A DNA stretch of 64,000 nt from Trypethelium eluteriae (taxonomy: Eukaryota). The stretch lies in contig JAVECL010000052.1 in NCBI GenBank assembly GCA_051942245.1, forward strand, positions 1-64,000, read 5' to 3'. Made by a program: the position numbers and the translations under genes. How positions within the stretch are numbered: position 1 is the first letter of the stretch; every line of letters begins with the position of its first letter. Below the pieces are notes generated by a model, which saw only the letters and a program-made list of their open reading frames with translations, did not search any database and was not told the origin of the DNA. Positions 39,352 to 53,000 of this stretch are shown here, in pieces.

Positions 39352-41048
39352 CACCTTGCCCTAAGACCGCTAACATCTCGATCAAATAATTCCAGCACAA
39401 ATTTTAGGCAATATCCTTAACCGGCTCGACGCTCGAGCTTCTACTCTACCGAAGGATTTGTGGCACTCAGCTGGTGGCAAGAGGGCGGCTCCCAGATGCA
39501 GCCTTGGACGCCCACGTGCCGCCTCACCGCTCGGAGCTCGAAGCGATCATTACGACGTAGCAATTCCAAGGCTCAAAAACAAGATTTTTGATCAGGTCAT
39601 GTATACTTGAAGGTTGGGTGGATGCTTGGGTCAGCATGCAGAAGGCCTGAGGCACAGTGAGTTGTCCGACGAATTCCGGGTTCTGTACGGAGTCTTCCTC
39701 CCTGACTGTGATTTGTTACGTGCTTTGGGTGGCTAGGTGGGCTACTTTTGTACGGATGTACCTGTGGGTTCAGGTGGTGGGGCCCTTAGTCCAGGTGATG
39801 GGCGCCTTATGGATTCCCCTGCCAATTTCCTTGGCAACTTATCCGCGGCGTAGGGACGTCCCAACGAAGCGTTAGCCTCTGCTAGTGCTATTCGCGCATT
39901 ACTCTGGAAACAGACGACAGAGATCTTGAGCCATTCGATTGCCACGCGGACGCGCCGAAATCTTTTGTGATGACGTATCTGACGATTGGTGGCCCTGGAA
40001 CCGCGGCAGAATTGTCGCTTAAGTTGGGAGTTGGCACTTAGTCTTTCCTTCCACAATTTTCCAATAACCGAGTCAGCTCAAAGCTAGCTGCTCTGACAAT
40101 TGTGCTCGACAAGTAAGGCGGAGGTTCGAGTATGCATACCTCAGACGGCATGGAGGAAGATCGTCTGCCGAGTCATGACTACTGGAATCAATGGTAATCC
40201 AATCACTGGCTGTGGGGAAAAATGCAGCGGGTGGATGCCTTGAGCCAGTGGAGGCACGGTACCGAGAAAAAAGATGATCATCTGGAGCGCCTTGTGTCTT
40301 GTCAACCCCATCAGTTCACAAGACCCGCCAGTACTTTTCTCAAATTTCCTCTCTTTAACTTTCTTCTAGAACAATGATGCCACTGAGGTGGAGAAAGAAG
40401 ACTGCTGACCGGAAAATAGAATGGGTGCACCTGCAAGCACTAGGTCTCCCTGGTCTGTGCCCTACTTGAGATCCATAATTTTGGACTCGTGCAAAAATAC
40501 AATGCACTAGATCGAGACCGCGAGCCGTCAAACCGCGTCTTAGTTGAATGACGTGCTCCGCATGATTAATTGTCCAGGGTAGCGCTAGTCATGGGATTTG
40601 GGAGGTTACATAGGAGGTTGCATTCTTTCTCAGCATGGCGTCGCCTCGCGTTGGTTGGTAGAAGAAAGGAAGGAGCAAAAAGTTTACCATTATTGACAGG
40701 TTACAGTGGACCTGCAGTAAATCTTGCAAGGGGCAATTTTAGCTGGCGCTGGAAGCCGCCGATCGATTGCCTCTTGAGAGTAATGGGAATCTCCTAAACC
40801 TGGGTTTTAGCTCGTATCAGTCAATATTTGGGCTGAACCTTGCAGCTTTCGCATGTTCAAGCTTCAGCAGCCAGGAGTCGCCGCTTACGTAGGCTTGGAA
40901 AAAAGCCTCGGTGGATAGAGCTCGCCTTTGAACAATTTAATTCATTCTTGAATATTTCCATCAACGACTTCGATAACCCTCGGCCGCGTTTTGCACCATC
41001 CAATTCAGAAGGAAAAATAAAGGGCACATTAAAGAAATTAATACGAAG

Positions 41049-44000
41049 ATGGACGGAAAACTTACTCAATCGACTATCTCTTCCTCTAATGAAGAGCTCC
41101 ATCTCGAAGAAATCCCCCCTTGCCACTTTCCGCAATACGGGAATGGTACCGGAGACCGCAAGGAGGCCTCAGTGGACGTGAACTTGGAGCAGCCAACGAG
41201 GCTGCATAGTCTGGTAAAAGCTGGCGAAGATGAGCTCCAAAGCACTTTGCGAACTGCTTGGGGATTACTCCTTCGCTGCTATACAGGGTTGGATGAAGTA
41301 TGCTTTGGATATAGAGAGGTGCCCGGCGAGGCTGCGAACGGCGAACTTCTCGAAGAAGTAGGAAACGACCTCCTCACTATCCGTACCTTAAAGATGGTCT
41401 TTGAGCATGCAAACCGGCTCTCCGAATCCGTCGATATGGCTAAAAAGTCATATTCTCAAGAAATCCAGCGATTGAAACATAGCCGCGAACGGAGACGCGG
41501 ACTTCAGTCGCTGCCAAAACGAAGACCTTTCAACACAACAATCGTCTTCGAAGAAAAATCCAGCAATCCGGGCGATCAGCAGGACTGTCAGTCTTTATTG
41601 CGTGAAGCAGGGACGTCCTCCGGTGTAAGTAAAATCCTTGTAACGATGGAGAGGCAATTCTGATGATTCCACAGGGCGATCTTTGCCTGTATATTAGAGC
41701 CTCAGAGGCTTCTGTGAACATTAAACTAATGTGGTGGAGCTCCGAGATGTCTGTAGATCAGGCTGCGAACGTTGCGAGTACTTTCGATGTAGTGCTGAGT
41801 GCGATTTTGCTGAACTCAGAGACGAGGATCGCCAACTTGGACTATTTCAGTGAACTGAACAGGCAGGTCGTCTGCAGATGGAATCAGCACGGCCCCGAGG
41901 AGGAATTGAAATGCATTCATGAGGTCATACAGAACCAGGTAACTTGTCGTCCCAACGCTGAAGCGGTTTGCGCATGGGATGGCTCTTTGACCTATGTCGA
42001 GCTCTCAACATACGCGTCCCGCTTAGCGCAATATCTGCTTGATATGGGTGCCAGTGCCAATACTTTTATTCCTCTGTGCTTTGACAAGTCCAAATGGAAT
42101 GTTGTCGCAATGCTCGCGGTCTTGAAGGCCGGAGCTGCATTTGTACCCTTTGACCCGGCCCATCCCAAGAATCGCTTGGAATCTCTTGCTCGCAAGGTCG
42201 GGGCTCAAACCCTTTTGTGCTCGGTAAAGCACGCTGAAGCTCTCGCGGGGGTGGCAGAGAATATTGTTCCCGTTGATGCCAATCTGATGGAAAGGTTGTC
42301 AGCAGTGACCAATGCTCAAATATCTCGTGCGACGAGTCGGGACCGCGCATATCTTATATTTACCTCTGGAACGACCGGCGAACCCAAGGGCACGGTTGTA
42401 TCCCATGCAGCATATTGCTCTAGCGCCAAGGCCCATGGACCAGCTATGCTAATCAATTCCGAATGTCGGGTGTTGCAGTTTGCCGCGCATACATTTGACG
42501 CTAGTCTGGTTGAAATCCTAACAACGCTGATCGTGGGGGGTTGCGTCTGCATACCCAGCGAGGAGGCCCGTCTCAATAGCGTCGCAGAAACTATCGCTGC
42601 AATGCACGTGAATTGGGCAGTTCTTACACCATCCTTTATTGGATATCTTGAGCCCTCCACTGTGCCTAGTTTGAAGACACTGGTTTTGGCGGGTGAGGCC
42701 ATGTCATCGGACCAGATCACCACATGGTCGAAGATCAAACTGGTCAATGGTTATGGGCCTAGTGAATGTGCGGTTTGCTCGCTCGTCAATTTCCCAGTTA
42801 CTCACAAGTCTGGTCCCACAAATATTGGACGGGCAGTCGGGACCCGATGCTGGGTAGCGGACCAGGACGATCATAATAGACTAGTACCGGTCGGCTGTAC
42901 TGGAGAACTTCTTATCGAAGGGCCGACGCTTGCCGAAGGTTACCTCAACGATGAGAAAAAGACATCCGATTCTTTCATCAATGATCCTGCTTGGATAATG
43001 CTCACGGGCACTTCGGGACTGTCAAGACGAATGTACAAAACCGGAGACTTGGTTCGACAAAATTGCTCCGACGGCACTTTCAACTTTGTAGGACGCAAAG
43101 ATACCCAGGTCAAGGTCCATGGCCAGCGTGTAGAGCTTGGAGAAATCGAGCATCACTTGAATGTAGAGAAGGATATCCAGCATGGCGTCGTGCTCTTCCC
43201 AAAGTCGGGGTTCTGTTCCAAGCGCGTCGTTGCTGTTGCATCTCTTATTCCATCGCTTCTTTCCGAGTCAACTAAAGAAAGAAGATTACTTCAGCTTGTC
43301 GAAGGTCAAGAAAAAGAGATTGCAGATTCTTACGTCGTTCAACTCCGTCAGTCTTTGTCGCGTAACCTTCCCCATTACATGGTCCCGTCTATTATTCTGC
43401 TTGTCGAGTCTATTCCATTCCTTTCTTCTGGAAAACTTGATCGCAAGCGGATAGCGAAATGGGTTGAGAATATTGGAGCAGAGGCGTATCACCTTGCGAC
43501 TGGCATTACCAGACCTGAGGAGTCGTCGAAGAAAGACAAATCAAAGACCGAAGAAATCATCCAATCTGTTTGGGGCCACGTTCTCGACTTGCCAACGGAG
43601 TACATTAGCTTGGATCGACCCTTCTTGAGCTTTGGTGGTGACTCCATCTCGGCCATGCAGGTGATGCGGCAGTGCCAAAAGAAGGGCATCCGCCTTACTG
43701 TTCAAGATGTAATTCGGAGCAAGTCAATCAGTCACTTAGCACTTTCCGCCAGAGAAGTCCAAGCTCCCTCTCAACGTATCGAGGCAGTGGAACAGACCTT
43801 CGACCTCTCTCCAATCCAAAAAATGTTCTTTGAGCTGCAGAACCAAGGGCAAGATCATTTCAATCAGAGTTTCTTCCTTCGCATAACCCGCCACGTCACG
43901 CAGCAAGATCTTCGGAAGGCTGTTGAATCCATAATTGGTTGTCATTCGATGTTACGAGCACGGTTTTCCAAAAACAGCAATAATGGAGTATGGCAGCAGC

Positions 44001-47000
44001 GGATTACCACAGATGTTGCCACCTCCTATCGTCTGAACGAACATTATTACGACAGGAAAGACCAGGTTACTTCAGAGATCGCCCGGACCCAGGCTTCACT
44101 TGATCCAGTGCACGGGCCGGTTTTCGCTGTCGACCTTTTCAACATGTCCGGTGGAGACCAGCTCGTGTTCATGGTCGGCCATCATCTTGTAATCGATCTT
44201 GTGTCGTGGAGAATCATCCTCGAAGATATGGAAGAGTTGCTCACCAACCCTCAACGCTCTTCCATAGCTGATCCTCCATTGCCCTTCCAGACGTGGTGTC
44301 AATTGCAAGCTGAGCACTGCACATCATTCCAGGTCGATCAAGTCCTACCAAGCCATGACGTGCCGGCAGGAGACGGCGCATACTGGGGCATGGAACATCA
44401 ACCAAACGTTTATGGAGATGTCCTTACCGAAGGATTTGAAGTGGATGCCGCTACCACTTCGAAGTTGACGTCCAAAAGCCACGAGGCTCTGGGGACGGAA
44501 ACTGTGGATCTCCTGCTGTCTGCATTGATTCATTCTTTCACTCAGACTTTCACCGATAGATTGGCGCCTCCTATATACAACGAAGGACATGGACGCGAGG
44601 TATGGGATTCCGAAATCGACCTATCCAAGACCGTTGGTTGGTTCACGGTGATGTATCCTGTTTGGGTCTCTTCAGTAGCTGCAGGCGACCTGGTGGAGAC
44701 GACTCGCCGAGTAAAAGACCTTCGCCGACAGATACTTGGAAATGGAAGGCCGTATTTCGCTAGCCGTCTTCTAACCTCGGCGGGTAGAGATCGCTTCAGC
44801 AGCCACTGGCCGCTGGAGATTACATTTAACTACCTTGGTCTGTACCAACAGCTCGAGCGTGAGGGTGGACTCTTGGTTCCTGCCGAGAAAATGGCCGGAG
44901 AAGCGCGTGGAGCTGGTGGAATTGCCGACGTCGGGCACAAAACGCCTCGCTTTGGTTTGTTCGAGATCTCCGCGGTCGTTGTACAGGACCGACTCAGGTT
45001 CTCTTTCACGTTCAATCGTCACATGAGCCGTCAGCAAGAGATAAGATCTTGGATACAGCGGTCCGAGGAAACGCTAGGCCTGTTAGCTAACGAGCTATCC
45101 GAGATGAAGCCTGAGCGTACCTTGAGCGATTTCCCGCAACTGGCACTCACTTACGACCGTTTCCAAATGATGACTCAAAAATTGATACAGATCGGAGTAC
45201 CAGGCATTGACGCGGTCGAAGATGTATACCCTTGCTCTCAAATGCAGCAAGGACTATTACTTAGCTTGACTAAAGACTCCGCATACTATGGAGTTCACGT
45301 CGTCCAAGAGGTCAAAACAAAGGGTTCTGCGCCTGTCAACAGCGAACGCTTAGTGGAAGCGTGGGAGCAGGTCGTGAACAGGCACGCTGCTCTCCGGACC
45401 ATTTTCGTGGAGAGCTTCAGCCAAGACAACGCCATGTACGACCAAATCGTTCTGAAGCGTATCGATCCTGATGTGATACGCACAACGCGTGAAAGCGGCG
45501 AGGAAGCAGTGAAATACCTCAGCGAGTTACAGGCTGCAAGCAACAACGATGGCCGACGCCCACCTCATAGATTTACCATCTGTGAGACAAGCTCCGGTCG
45601 CGTCTTCTGTAAGCTGGAGATTAGCCATACCATTATGGATGGGGCGTCTATGTCGATCATTTTCCAGGACCTTGGCCGAGCGTACGAAGGGCTTCTCTCT
45701 GGTCCAAAACCACTATATGGGGATTATATCGCATACCTTCGCAGTCAACCTCTAGACACGAGTTTAGAGTTTTGGCGCTCTTACCTCAAGAATGCGGAAC
45801 CCTGCCTTTTCCCGGTTCTGAATGAGGGCATCGTCAAAGAGAAGGAGCTCCATTCTATCCACATGACATTCGAGGAATTGCGGCGATTGCAAGAGGTCTG
45901 CGATGAGCACAATGTGACGCTCTCGAATGCAATCCATACCGCATGGGCTCTGGCACTACGCTGTTACACTGGATCAGACAAGGTTTGCTTTGGATATTTG
46001 ACGTCCATCAGGGACGCGCCTGTCGACATGGCTGAAGAAGCGGTCGGGCCGTTCATTAATATGCTCGCTTGCAGCGTAGACATCTCATCGGATGTGCGGG
46101 TTGGCGATGTGGTTGACCAAGTCCAAACCGATTACGTAAACAGTTTACCCCATCGAGGAACGCCACTTGCCGAGGTTCAACACGCGCTTCGCTCTGAACT
46201 AGCGAGTAGCGCGCTTTTCAACACCGCGCTTTCCTATCGTCGACTCCCACCTGCTGATCATGGCACCCATTCAGCGATATCCTTCCGCGAATGCGCGCCT
46301 ATTTATGATCCGACAGAATACAATGTGTCTATCAATGTTGAAGTTGATGAAGAGGCAGCCTTCCTCACATTGGACCATTGGACGGATTGTTTGTCCGATG
46401 GACAAGCTGCAAACGTCGCCGATACATTTCTGCAAGCATTGCACAATATTACCTACAATCGGTATGAAAAGGTAGGTCGGCTAAACTTTTTAGGTGATAA
46501 ATCAAAAGACCAGGTATGGAGCTGGAATAGTAGCATCCCGCAGAGAATTGACGAGTGTATCCATGGGGTGCTCGAACGACTTGCTGTTTCGCAACCGAAT
46601 GCGCCTGCAGTGCACGGATGGGATGCCGAATTCACATTTGCAGATCTAGACCGACTTGCGGAGCGACTTGCTAGTTTTCTGGCCACCTTAGGAGTTGGAC
46701 CTGAGTCCTTGGTCCCTATCTGTTTTGATAAATCAGCATGGACCATTGTCACCATGGTCGCCATCTTGAAGGCTGGCGGAGCCTTTGTCCCGTTAGACGC
46801 GACACATCCTAGGAGTGCCATTGAAAGACGAGTCCGCGACTGTCAAGCACGCCATGTTCTTGTTGCGCCAACTCGGGCCGAAATGTTTCAAGACCTTGTC
46901 CCACATGTAGTTCCAGTGGACCGGTCCTTCGTGGAAAATCTCCCAGAAGCCACTAAAAACACGCATCTCAAGGTGAGCTCCAACAGCTCTTGCTATGTGA

Positions 47001-50000
47001 TTTATACCTCTGGTAGCACGGGTAACCCCAAGGGAGTGGTCATCGAGCATGGTGCTCTCGTCAGCAGCGTTCGTGCTCACGGTTCTGTCATGGGCTTTTG
47101 CGAAAGTTCCCGGGTCCTACAATTCGCCGCGTACACCTTCGACAACTGCCTGGAAGAAATCTTCACCACTCTCATGTTTGGAGGATGTGTTTGTGTACCA
47201 TCGGATCACGATCGTCTCAACAATCTGGCTGATGTTATCAATCGCTTTGAGGTCAATCTTATGGACATCACGCCGACAGTCGCGAACTTTCTACATCCTT
47301 CAGAAGTCCCTACAGTGAAAATCCTGGCATTTGGTGGGGAAGCTGTCAACGAGAAGGTCAGGGAAACCTGGGCCGGAAAAGTGACGTTGGGTGGAGTTTA
47401 TGGTCCGACTGAGTGCTCGATCAACTGCATGTGGAACGGTGATATTGCCACCAGCGCCGATGCGACCAATATCGGCTATGCTATTGGTAGCGTCTCTTGG
47501 GTGGTCAATCCATCCGATCACAATCAACTCATGCCCATAGGATGCGCGGGTGAATTGCTGATTGAAGGCCCCATCCTTGCAAGAGGTTATTTCAATGACC
47601 ACGCCAAGACGTCCGCAGCTTTCATCGAAAACCCTTCTTGGGTGGCTAGAGAAATGGGAACGCAAAAAACGATCCGCCGTATGTATAAGACTGGTGATCT
47701 TGTCAGGTACAATTCCGACGGGTCAGTGATCTATCTCGGGCGCAAAGATACCCAAGTGAAACTCAATGGCCAGCGTATCGAGGTAGGAGAGATTGAGCAT
47801 CATGTAAAAGCCAATCTTCCACCGGAAGCGCAATCCGCGGTTGAGTTGATGACGAGTACTGCTAATGGAAGGTCTACAAAGGCCCTCGCTACATTCTTCG
47901 GCCTACAATCCGATGGATCTGTTCCTTCAGCAGGTAGTGCAGACTTTATTCTTCCTATGACCGAATCTTTATCAACAACAGCGCGAGCCTTGGAATCTGC
48001 ACTTGTCGAAGCCTTGCAGTCTTACATGATTCCGTCTGTCTACATTCCTGTCGCGCAGATGCCGATGACATCTTCGGGCAAGTTGGACCGCCGAACCCTC
48101 CGAACAGCTGCTGAGGCTCTTCCCGAGGAGAAAATTGCGGCCTACAGGCTTGCAGGGAAAAAGACTGGAAGAGCACCTGCCACTGAAGTAGAGTTACTGC
48201 TACAGAAGTTATATGCATCAGTGTTGAATATTCAGACCGATGCCATCGGTGTTGACGACGATTTCTTCCGTCTTGGAGGAGATTCCGTCAGTGCTATGCG
48301 ACTTGTTACAGCTTCCCGCCGCGAAGGAATATTACTGTCCGTTGCTAGCATTTTTCAAAGACCAAAGCTTGTGGACATGGCTGCCCATGTGCTGACAACA
48401 TCCAACGGATTAAAACCAGATCTCGTGCAGCCAGCCATCAGGCCATTCGCTCTCATTAAGGGCGTTGACTCCATCGGCGACCTCATCGCGGATCTGGCAT
48501 CTCAGTGTCGCATCGAAAAGGATTGTATAGAAGACATCTATCCCTGTACTTCGATTCAACAAGGGCTCATAGCACTTTCAAACAAAGAGCCCGGAGCCTA
48601 CGTTGCGCAAAGTGTTTACCGCCTGTCCTCCGACATTGATATGAACAGATTTAAGGAATCCTGGGAGGCTATCGTTGGTGAAGAGTCTGTCCTTCGTACT
48701 CGAATCGTCTATACCAAAGCTTTGGGATTCTTACAAGTTGTTGTTCGTGAGCCGATCACATGGCAGGAAATTAATGATGGAGAAGAGCTTTCAGAACTGA
48801 ATCGCCAAGTTCCCTTGTATAACGGGGGCTCCCTTAGCAACTACGCCATCGTCGGAGCAAACTCGAATGACAGGCATTTTGTCTGGACACTTCACCACGC
48901 ATTGTATGACGGGTGGAGCATGCCATTGATTCACGACAGAGTTCAAAAACTATACGAGAGTGGCCAACTGAGAGACGCAGCTCTTGCTTCGCCATATTCG
49001 AGATTCATCTCTTACCTTACCAATCTTGATCTTGATGAATGCGACGAGTTCTGGAGATCAAACCTGGCCAATTCTTCGTCTCATCAGTTCCCTCAGCTGC
49101 CCTATCCAGCTTATCAGGTGTCTGGCACCACCACGTTAAAGTACCCCGCTCGCATTCCCAGCGGAACTCGGACCGATATCATCATGTCATCAAAAATTCG
49201 GGCTGCGTGGGCTCTGGTCGTGGCAGCCTACTCAGGCTCGGATGATGTTGTGTTTGGAGAGACTGTGACCGGCCGCGATGCCCCTGTACCAGGTCTGGTC
49301 GATATGATTGGACCGACTCTTGCAACAATACCAAGGCGGTTAGAAGTCAATCGCAATCTGAGTATCCAAGACTACTTGACAGACGTCCAGCGGAAATCTG
49401 GTGAGGTATTGCCTTATCAACAGGCTGGGTTGCAACGTATCAAGAAATTAAGTCTCGATACTGAAATAGGCTGCGGATTTCAAAACTTGATTGCCATCAA
49501 TCATGGCGGTCAGGATTGCGATGAAAACTTTTGGAATCCTCAAAATTCCGGCACGGTTGGGAACAATTTCTTTACGTACCCACTCACCCTGTCCTTTACT
49601 ATCAACGATTCGGCAGTCGACATTGAGGCGCACTATGATCAAAATATTCTCCCTATGTGGCGGCTTCAAAAGCTTCTACACTGTTTCGAACACGTTCTTG
49701 TGAAGTTGAATTCCACCGCAAGCAACGAGGACAAAGTTGGAACCGTCGGAATGATCAGTAATGAAGACCGCCAAATGATAACCCGTTGGAACAGGGCACC
49801 ATTGCAGAGATTGAACGAATGTGTCCACCTTAGAATTGAGCAACAAGTATCATCACTCCCGAAGGCTACGCCCGCTGTGTCTTCTTGGGATGCTGACTTT
49901 ACATACCTGGCGCTCAATAACCAAGCAACTCGCCTCGCTCACTATCTGCACGAGAAAGGCGTTGGTCCGAATGTTTTTGTACCTCTTTGTTTTGAAAAAT

Positions 50001-53000
50001 CGGCATGGACAATCGTTGCAATGCTAGCCGTGCTGAAAGCTGGAGGTGCTTTTGTTCCGTTGGATCCTTCTCATCCCTTACCTCGGCTCTGTGGAATTAT
50101 CCAGGACACAGAAGCGAAATTGGTTTTGTGCTCGTCCCGATATAGAAGCCTCGCTGAGCAGATCGCTCCATCAGCTCTGACCATTGACCGAGAGACATTG
50201 AGTCGGCTATCTATCAACAACACCACGCTCCCCACCTGTGCTAGCGATAGCCAGGCGTACGTCATCTTCACCTCCGGGACAACTGGCAAACCTAAAGGCA
50301 CCATCGTGAGCCATGGAGCCTTCTGTACTGGTGCTATTGCTCACGGCTCAGCTATGGGTATGCAAGATACGTCGCGTGTTTTACAATTTGCCTCCTACAC
50401 CTTCGATGCCAGTATAATGGAAATTTTGACCACGCTTATATTCGGCGGTTGCGTTTGTGTACCACATGAAGAAGATCGATTGAACAACATTACAAGCATC
50501 ATGAACAAGTTTGATGTCAACTGGGCTCTTTTGACTCCTTCGTTCGTCCAAAATATCAGTCCGTCCTTGGTCCCTAAACTTAAGACCCTAGTCTTAGGTG
50601 GCGAGGCCATGTCGCAAACTCACATTTCTACGTGGGCACAACACGTAAAATTGCTCAACGCCTATGGACCCAGCGAAACGGCTATAATCGCCGCAGTCAA
50701 TCCTCACATGTCTCTAGAAACGAACCCTGCGAATATTGGTTGGGCTGTTGGAGGACGCTGCTGGATTGTAGACCGCCTAAATTCTGATCGCTTAGCACCA
50801 ATTGGATCACCTGGGGAGCTTTTGGTCGAAGGACCAATCCTTGCTGAAGGCTATTTGAAAGAGGAGCGGAAGACCGCTGATGCTTTCGTCCAGTCACCCC
50901 TGTGGACCCGTGACTGGGAACAAAACGGACAAACTGCAGGGAGACGCTTCTACAAAACGGGTGATCTTGTGCGTTACAGCGCAGATGGGACAATGATATA
51001 CCTTGGTCGAAAAGATACTCAAGTCAAGGTCCGCGGACAACGACTTGAACTTGGCGAGGCAGAATACCACCTCGCTACCGATCCATCTGTTAAGCATGGC
51101 GTAATAGTCATGCCGACGGAAGGTCCTTGTGCGAAACAGCTCACTGCAGTCACATCGCTGCAAACTTTGGCAACGTTGAAGTCATCCTTGAGCGAACTCA
51201 GTCTTGTTCATAAAGACGAAGCGCGGCAGCACTTACCGAGCATTCGCGAGCGACTTGGATCGCACCTCCCTGCGTACATGGTGCCGACGAAATGGATATT
51301 TGTACAAGAAATTCCACTTCTACCTTCGGGCAAACTAGACCGGAGGCAAGTCACAAAATTCGTTGAAACCATGAACGAAGCAACCCACCATCAAATCTGC
51401 GACATCGAAATTGAGCAGGAAGACAAAGCTTGGCAAGCGACTGGTGTTGAGAAACAGCTACAAAACATCTTTAGTTACGTGCTCAACCTTCCCACTGAAC
51501 AGATTGGACCCCATGCATCCTTTTTGCATCTTGGTGGAGACTCGATTACAGCTATGCAAGTCATGGCCCAATGCAGGGCCGAAAATCTCGGTGTTACAGT
51601 TCAAGACATCATTCAAAGCAAATCAATCGCGGACCTCGCATCACGCGTAACACTGCCGAAGAAGCAGATCGAAGCAGGAGAAGACATTGATGTGCTGTTT
51701 GAACTTTCTCCGATCCAGCAACTATACTTCGAGTGCATGAGCAACGAGCCGAACCACTTCAACCAAAGTGTCTTGCTCAGATTAACTCGTCATAAGCAAT
51801 CTCAGGATATCGTGCGTGCCATCGAATCCATAGCTAACTCTCACTCTATGCTCCGGGCGCGCTTCTTCAAAACGGATCTAGGTGAATGGAAACAAAAGAT
51901 AACCCAAGATGTCGCAGGCTCATATCGCTTCCATATACACGACAACGACGCTCAGATAGCGACTATAGTGGAAGAGAGTCAAATGAGCCTCAACGTCCAG
52001 ACTGGCCCGGTCTTTGCTGTCGACATGTTCAAATCCGATGGAAATGGGAGCTATATCCTTTCAATCGTTACGCATCACCTTGTCGTTGACGTTGTGTCAT
52101 GGCGCATCATCCTTCAGGATTTGGAAGACCTCCTGTTAACCAATAAATTGACTGCTCAGAACTCTTTGACCTTCCAGGCATGGTGTCGACTGCAACTTGA
52201 GCATACTAGATCCAAGCAGACCAGCAGGCTTTTGACGGGTGTGGATATGCCAGCTCCAGCTCTGGATTATTGGGGAATGACCAATATCAGCAATACTCAT
52301 GGTGAGAGTGTTGATACAGGCTTTGAGCTGAATGTCAAGACTACGTCGCTCTTGCTGGGTGCTTGCAACGAAGCCCTTCGGACGGACATTGTCGACATTT
52401 GCCTTACGGCGATGTTGCAGTCGTTTCACGGCGTCTTCTCCGATCGACCAAGACTTCCAGCAATCTTCAACGAAGGCCATGGACGTGAACCTTGGGATTC
52501 TCAAATCGACCTATCCCGAACAGTTGGCTGGTTCACGACAATTACTCCCATATACTTACCAAGCATATCGGCGGAACATTTTGACACTATCAGCATACTA
52601 CGTTGGATCAAAGACACTCGGAGGCGTGAACCCGATAAGGGACGAGAATATTTCGCACATCGTTTCCTGTCAGAAGATGGCAGGCAAAAATTCCACGGGC
52701 ACTGGCCAATGGAAATCAGCTTCAATTATCTTGGGCAATTGCAACAATTGGAGAGGAAAGAAGCGCTGCTGCAGCCTCTGGAAAGCCTGTCTGGGCAGTC
52801 AGTAAACATGATGTCTGATATCGGCAAAGAAGTTCCCCGTTTCGCGCTGATCGAGACGTCAGCTGCAGTGAACCAAGGTAGCCTCAAGGTCACCTTCAGC
52901 TACAATAAGAACATGAAGCGTCAGCAACAAATTGAGCAATGGGTCGCTGAGTACCAAAAGACGCTTGAAAGAATCGTCGAGCAATTGGTACAATCGAAGA

